A DNA stretch of 64,000 nt from Dehalococcoidia bacterium (lineage in GTDB: Bacteria; Chloroflexota; Dehalococcoidia; Plut-88900), in NCBI GenBank assembly GCA_965197645.1, contig OZ240219.1, forward strand, positions 192,001-256,000, read 5' to 3'. This document shows positions 59,994-64,000 of this stretch, one piece after another. A program made the position numbers and the translations under genes. Position 1 is the stretch's first letter, and each line of letters starts with the position of its first letter. A model generated the notes under the pieces. The model saw only the letters and a list, made by a program, of their open reading frames with translations, was not told the origin of the DNA and ran no database searches.

Positions 59994-60250
59994 GGCACAT
60001 CCCCCAAACCCCCTGCCAGAGGGAAGCCCTTTGGACTCTTTGGGCTGCAGACTCCGGCTCCCCACCTGCGCCACTAGCAGGCTGATTAGACATGGGGTGT
60101 GCAGATGGGCGAAGCAATTTTTCTGAGACTGCCTGCTGGAGGCCGGGAGTCTGAGGGTGTCCCTCAGAAATTGTTTCCTTTTCTTCCCTCTTCCTGCTAG
60201 TAAGGGGAACAGGGGGATGGTCGAAAGGGATTTTCTCAACATCCTCCTCT
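59994..60250 (+). repeat. MITE-like composite hairpin repeat, copy C
   Basis: 60074-60250 matches copy A; 59994-60038 is an imperfect reverse complement of the 30413-30465 module. Confidence 0.8.
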
Positions 60251-61559
60251 AACTCCCGTGGCCACCCTCCACGCCGCCGGTGCGTCGGAATGCGGCTATG
60301 AAAAGGGCGTAGGCAGCAACCATGAGCAGGGCTCCCGCGGCATAGACCACCGTCAGCGACACGAATCCGATTACCGCATAAGCGAGGAGAGGCCCCAGCG
60401 CCGAGCCGGTGTCCTGCCACGAGGCGTACCTGCTCATCACCTGGGCCCGCCGGTGGAGCGGGGCCAGGCCTCCAACCAGGGCATCCAGGGACGTTAGTGA
60501 GGCGGCCGTGGCGACGAAGGCCAACGGCAACCACAGCAGCGTCAACCAGAGCAGTGCCGGATAGGCCAGCAGTACCAGCCCGGCGAGACAAATGGGAGCG
60601 GAGAAGAGCAGGACTCGCACCCGGCCGTACCTGTCGCTGAGATGGCCGAGGAAGGGCGCAAACATGGTTGCTATCCAATCGGTGGCCAGAAGCACCCCGT
60701 TCAACGTGGCCACGCCTATGAGCACCCCACTGAGGGTCACTCCGTCACCCAGCTCCTGGTTGAGGTAGAATCCCAGTGTAGCCACCAGTACCCCGTTGAG
60801 GACGACGTGAAACGAAAAGTAGGTGAAGTTAGCGGCTAACAGCTGACGAAGCCTCCGGGCTTCGAGCTCGGGTACCGGCGATACCAGCAGGTCCCATATC
60901 CGGTTTCGTCCTTCGGCGGAGTAGTGAGGAATGGGATTCATACGTTCCGTGCTCTTGTAGGCTGCAGATGGCCGTCCCTTTTCGGCGGACTCGCCTCGAC
61001 CCAGCGCCAGGGTAACGGGGAGGCTGAGGAGGCCCAACCCGGCCACGATGAAGAAGCTGGTGGCCCGGCCCGTGAGATCAAACAGAAGGCCTCCCAGCAA
61101 CACACCCACGGCGCTCCCGGCTCGCTGGCCGCCGCTGAAGAACCCCATCATCCGGCCCCTGTCCCCTTCTCCGCTGGACTCCAGGACTACCAGGTACCCG
61201 CTCAATCGCAGCAACGAGTAGCAGAGTCCCCACAGTATCCGGGCGATCAGCAGAACAGCGAATCCCTCTCCCGCTCCGTAGGCGACGGTTGTCCCCACCG
61301 ATAGGACCACTGCGAACAGAAGCGGTCGATCCAGTCCGAATCGATCAAGTACCCAGGCCGCCATGGGATTGGATACGATGCGTACGAGCCGGTTGGCGCT
61401 GAGCAGCACTCCCACCATCCCGGTGGGCACACCGAATGCGGACACCTGGGCGGGGAGCACGTTGTAGAGCATGGAATCTCCCATGATCACGGCGCCTACG
61501 ATGGTCGTGACCAGAAGTACCCGCTTGGAGACCAACCCGGCTCCCTTGACTCGGTCCAT
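60249..61559 (-). CDS. MFS transporter
   Basis: GDSMLY, LSANR.VR, RGR.MG, GHLSDRYGR; multi-TM; start uncertain. Confidence 0.88.
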   Translation of the reverse strand: MDRVKGAGLVSKRVLLVTTIVGAVIMGDSMLYNVLPAQVSAFGVPTGMVGVLLSANRLVRIVSNPMAAWVLDRFGLDRPLLFAVVLSVGTTVAYGAGEGFAVLLIARILWGLCYSLLRLSGYLVVLESSGEGDRGRMMGFFSGGQRAGSAVGVLLGGLLFDLTGRATSFFIVAGLGLLSLPVTLALGRGESAEKGRPSAAYKSTERMNPIPHYSAEGRNRIWDLLVSPVPELEARRLRQLLAANFTYFSFHVVLNGVLVATLGFYLNQELGDGVTLSGVLIGVATLNGVLLATDWIATMFAPFLGHLSDRYGRVRVLLFSAPICLAGLVLLAYPALLWLTLLWLPLAFVATAASLTSLDALVGGLAPLHRRAQVMSRYASWQDTGSALGPLLAYAVIGFVSLTVVYAAGALLMVAAYALFIAAFRRTGGVEGGHGS

Positions 61560-61741
61560 GTACGGAGTCCCTATAAACGAACTAATGAAGTCCAGTTTAT
61601 CACCGGGGCTCCGGGCCGATGACGAACGTTCCACACCTGCAGCATCAATGTGGTAATTGGGGCCTCCGTATAGTAAAGTGGGCCGCGCACGGAGTCGGAC
61701 GCCCCGCGATACTCGGATCTCAGTCCGTTGGAGCTACTGCG

Positions 61742-63034
61742 ATGAAGCTTGAGCTAGGCAACTTCAGGGTGGACCAAATCTCCATTGGCCGGGAAGCCAC
61801 CAGGCTGGAAAACGGCGTTCTCCACGTCAACGAAGGCGAAGTGAAGGAGCTGGTGCTTTCCGACCACCACTTCAGCGACGTCCGGCTTCACCTTGCCTAT
61901 CCCGGCGACCCAATACGCATCGTTCACGCCCTGGACGTGGTGGAGCCGCGGCACAAGGTGTCGGGTCAGGGGACCGTGTTCCCGGGCCAGCTCGGGCCGC
62001 CCATAACCGTCGGGACGGGCCGTACCCATCGATTGACGGGCATGGCGCTTGTCGCCGTCGGCGAGCCCGTAGAGGGGGAGACCACCTACTGGCGAGAGGC
62101 ACTCATCGACATGTCCGGGCCGGGGGCCGAGTACTCCTGCTACTCCCGGACGGCCAACCTGGTCATGGAGGTCATATCGGCCCCACCTCGGGGCGCCAGG
62201 CCGGAAGACCTAGAGATCATCGACGTCATAAGAGGCTCCGAATACTCCCGGCAATACAATGAGGCCCTGAGGCTGGCGGGATTCCGGTTGGCGGACTATT
62301 TGGCGAGCGCCACAAGAGACCTTCAGCCTGAAAGCATCGACACCTACGAGTTGCACGACGTGGACCCGTCTCTTCCCAGGGTGGTCTACTCCACCCAGTA
62401 CGCCATGTTCGCATACGGCGAGTACACCGGCTGGCAACCCACTTTCATGCATCCCAACGAGCAGTTGGACGGCGCTATACACCAGGGCTTCAACGGCACA
62501 GGCAGTACCAGGGACGGCACTTACGGCTTCCAGAACGATCCGGTCATCGAAGAGCTGTACAACCGGCACGGCAAGGACTTGAACTTCTTCGGTATGCTGC
62601 TGTGTCCCCTGGGCGGCGAACGGCTGGTGGAGAAGGAACGGATCGCCAGCTATGCAGTGAAGCTGCTCAAGATGGCCCGGATAGACGGGATCATCGAGGC
62701 CTGGGTAGGCGGCGGCCACCCGGGCATCGATTCCATGCTTCTGATGCAGAAGTGCGAGCAGGCCGGCATAAGTACCACCCTCCTCAACCCGGAGATGGCC
62801 CGCACCCAGGACGACACCGGATTCGTTCACTTCGTCCCCGAGGCAGACGCCATAGTCAGCTTGGGCAACTATGAGCGCAAGATAACCCTACCGCCCATGG
62901 AGAACGTCATAGGCGGCACTCACATATTCGAGTCCGGCGAAGACGCCTCCGGCAGCCTCACTCTGACCCTCCGGCACATGTACGCCGCCACCAGTACCCT
63001 GGGCCTAAGCAAGATGATGGGAGTCCAGTACTAG
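61742..63034 (+). CDS. glycine/sarcosine/betaine reductase component B proprotein-like (GrdE/GrdI family)
   Basis: MKLEL..F.V, PG...RI....DVVEPR.K, G.GRTHRL.G, IDMSGPGA.Y, HPNE..DGA, QNDP, HGKDLNF, DAIVS.GN. Confidence 0.88.
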   Translation: MKLELGNFRVDQISIGREATRLENGVLHVNEGEVKELVLSDHHFSDVRLHLAYPGDPIRIVHALDVVEPRHKVSGQGTVFPGQLGPPITVGTGRTHRLTGMALVAVGEPVEGETTYWREALIDMSGPGAEYSCYSRTANLVMEVISAPPRGARPEDLEIIDVIRGSEYSRQYNEALRLAGFRLADYLASATRDLQPESIDTYELHDVDPSLPRVVYSTQYAMFAYGEYTGWQPTFMHPNEQLDGAIHQGFNGTGSTRDGTYGFQNDPVIEELYNRHGKDLNFFGMLLCPLGGERLVEKERIASYAVKLLKMARIDGIIEAWVGGGHPGIDSMLLMQKCEQAGISTTLLNPEMARTQDDTGFVHFVPEADAIVSLGNYERKITLPPMENVIGGTHIFESGEDASGSLTLTLRHMYAATSTLGLSKMMGVQY

Positions 63035-63053
63035 CCAGGTTTGAGGATCCGCT

Positions 63054-64000
63054 ATGAAGCTTGAGATCGGCAATTTCACGGTAGATCGGTTCTCGGTTGG
63101 CGATGGAGGGACCGGGCTGGAAGACGGGGTCCTCCACGTTGACGAGAACGAGGTCAAGCAGCTGGTACTGGCCGACGGTCACTTCAGCGAGGTCAGGCTG
63201 CATCCCGTCTATCCGGGGGACTCGACTCGGATCATTCACGCCATGGACACGGTGGAGCCGCGGCACAAGGTATCGGGTCCGGGTACAGTGTTTCCGGGCA
63301 CCCTGGGACCTCCCACTACCGTCGGCGAGGGGCGCACTCACCGGTTGTCCGGCATGGCGCTGATAACCGTCGGTGAACCGGTCCTGGGAGAATCGACCTA
63401 CTGGCGAGAGGCGATCATCGACATGTCCGGGCCCGGGGCCGGTTACTCCTGCTACTCCCGGACCGCCAACCTTGTGATGGAGCTGCTCCCGGCTGCCCTC
63501 AAAGAGACTGAATCCGCTTACGTGGAGAATCTCGGTACCGTCTGGGGCTCGGCCTACTCCAGGGACTACAACCAGGCCGTCAGGGCCGCGGGTTTCAAGG
63601 TGTCCGACTACCTGGCAGGGGTCACCAGTGCCCTAGAGCCTGAGAGCATCGACACCTACGAGCTAACCGACGCGGACCCTTCGTTGCCCACGGTGGTCTA
63701 CGCCTCGCAGAACGCAATGATGGTCTACGGGACTAGCACCGGATGGCAGCCGACCTTCATGCACCCCAACGAGCTACTGGACGGGGCCTTACACCACGGC
63801 TTCAATGGACCCGCCAGCATCAGGGACGGCACGTATGGCTACCAGAACGATCCGGTCGTCAAGGAGCTGTACGCCCGACACGGAAAGGACCTGAACTTCT
63901 ACGGCTTGCTTCTCTTCCCGATGGGCGGTGAGAGGCTGGACGAAAAGGAGCGTATTACCAGCTACGCAGTCAAGCTCCTCCAGATGGTGGGAGCAGACGG
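63054..64000 (+). CDS. second GrdE/GrdI-family paralog (runs off window end)
   Basis: Open frame MKLEIGNFTVD...EPRHKVSG...IDMSGPGAGY...HPNELLDGA...HGKDLNF; missing from the ORF track because it has no stop in the window. Confidence 0.88.
   Translation, partial: MKLEIGNFTVDRFSVGDGGTGLEDGVLHVDENEVKQLVLADGHFSEVRLHPVYPGDSTRIIHAMDTVEPRHKVSGPGTVFPGTLGPPTTVGEGRTHRLSGMALITVGEPVLGESTYWREAIIDMSGPGAGYSCYSRTANLVMELLPAALKETESAYVENLGTVWGSAYSRDYNQAVRAAGFKVSDYLAGVTSALEPESIDTYELTDADPSLPTVVYASQNAMMVYGTSTGWQPTFMHPNELLDGALHHGFNGPASIRDGTYGYQNDPVVKELYARHGKDLNFYGLLLFPMGGERLDEKERITSYAVKLLQMVGAD

Overview
GC-rich bacterial chromosomal window. Gene content (F420-type LLM and PPOX oxidoreductases, PAC2, DUF35/thiolase pair, remA-gmk, a Dehalococcoidia-type 253-aa protein, many Pro/Thr-linker lipoproteins) suggests Chloroflexota/Dehalococcoidia, SAR202-like; this is inference, no database search was run. 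It holds about 60 CDS, tRNA-Thr(UGU) and tRNA-Sec(UCA). Main points: (1) an 11-gene hopanoid operon (dxs, prenyl synthase, hpnH, Sm-fold-like unknown gene, hpnG, hpnA, shc, hpnC, hpnD, hpnE, F420-type PPOX); (2) a CbbQ/CbbO-type AAA+/VWA chaperone pair with no client in the window, interleaved with coaE and a CoA pyrophosphatase; (3) a PotABC-like transporter with large insertions in both permeases and no binding-protein gene; (4) tandem GrdE/GrdI-like reductase subunits that appear to lack the pyruvoyl-forming Cys; (5) three copies of a modular hairpin MITE-like repeat; (6) a decayed integrative element near tRNA-Thr, where an integrase N-terminus is fused to an acyl-CoA synthetase tail at a microhomology. 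No CRISPR array or rRNA was seen.
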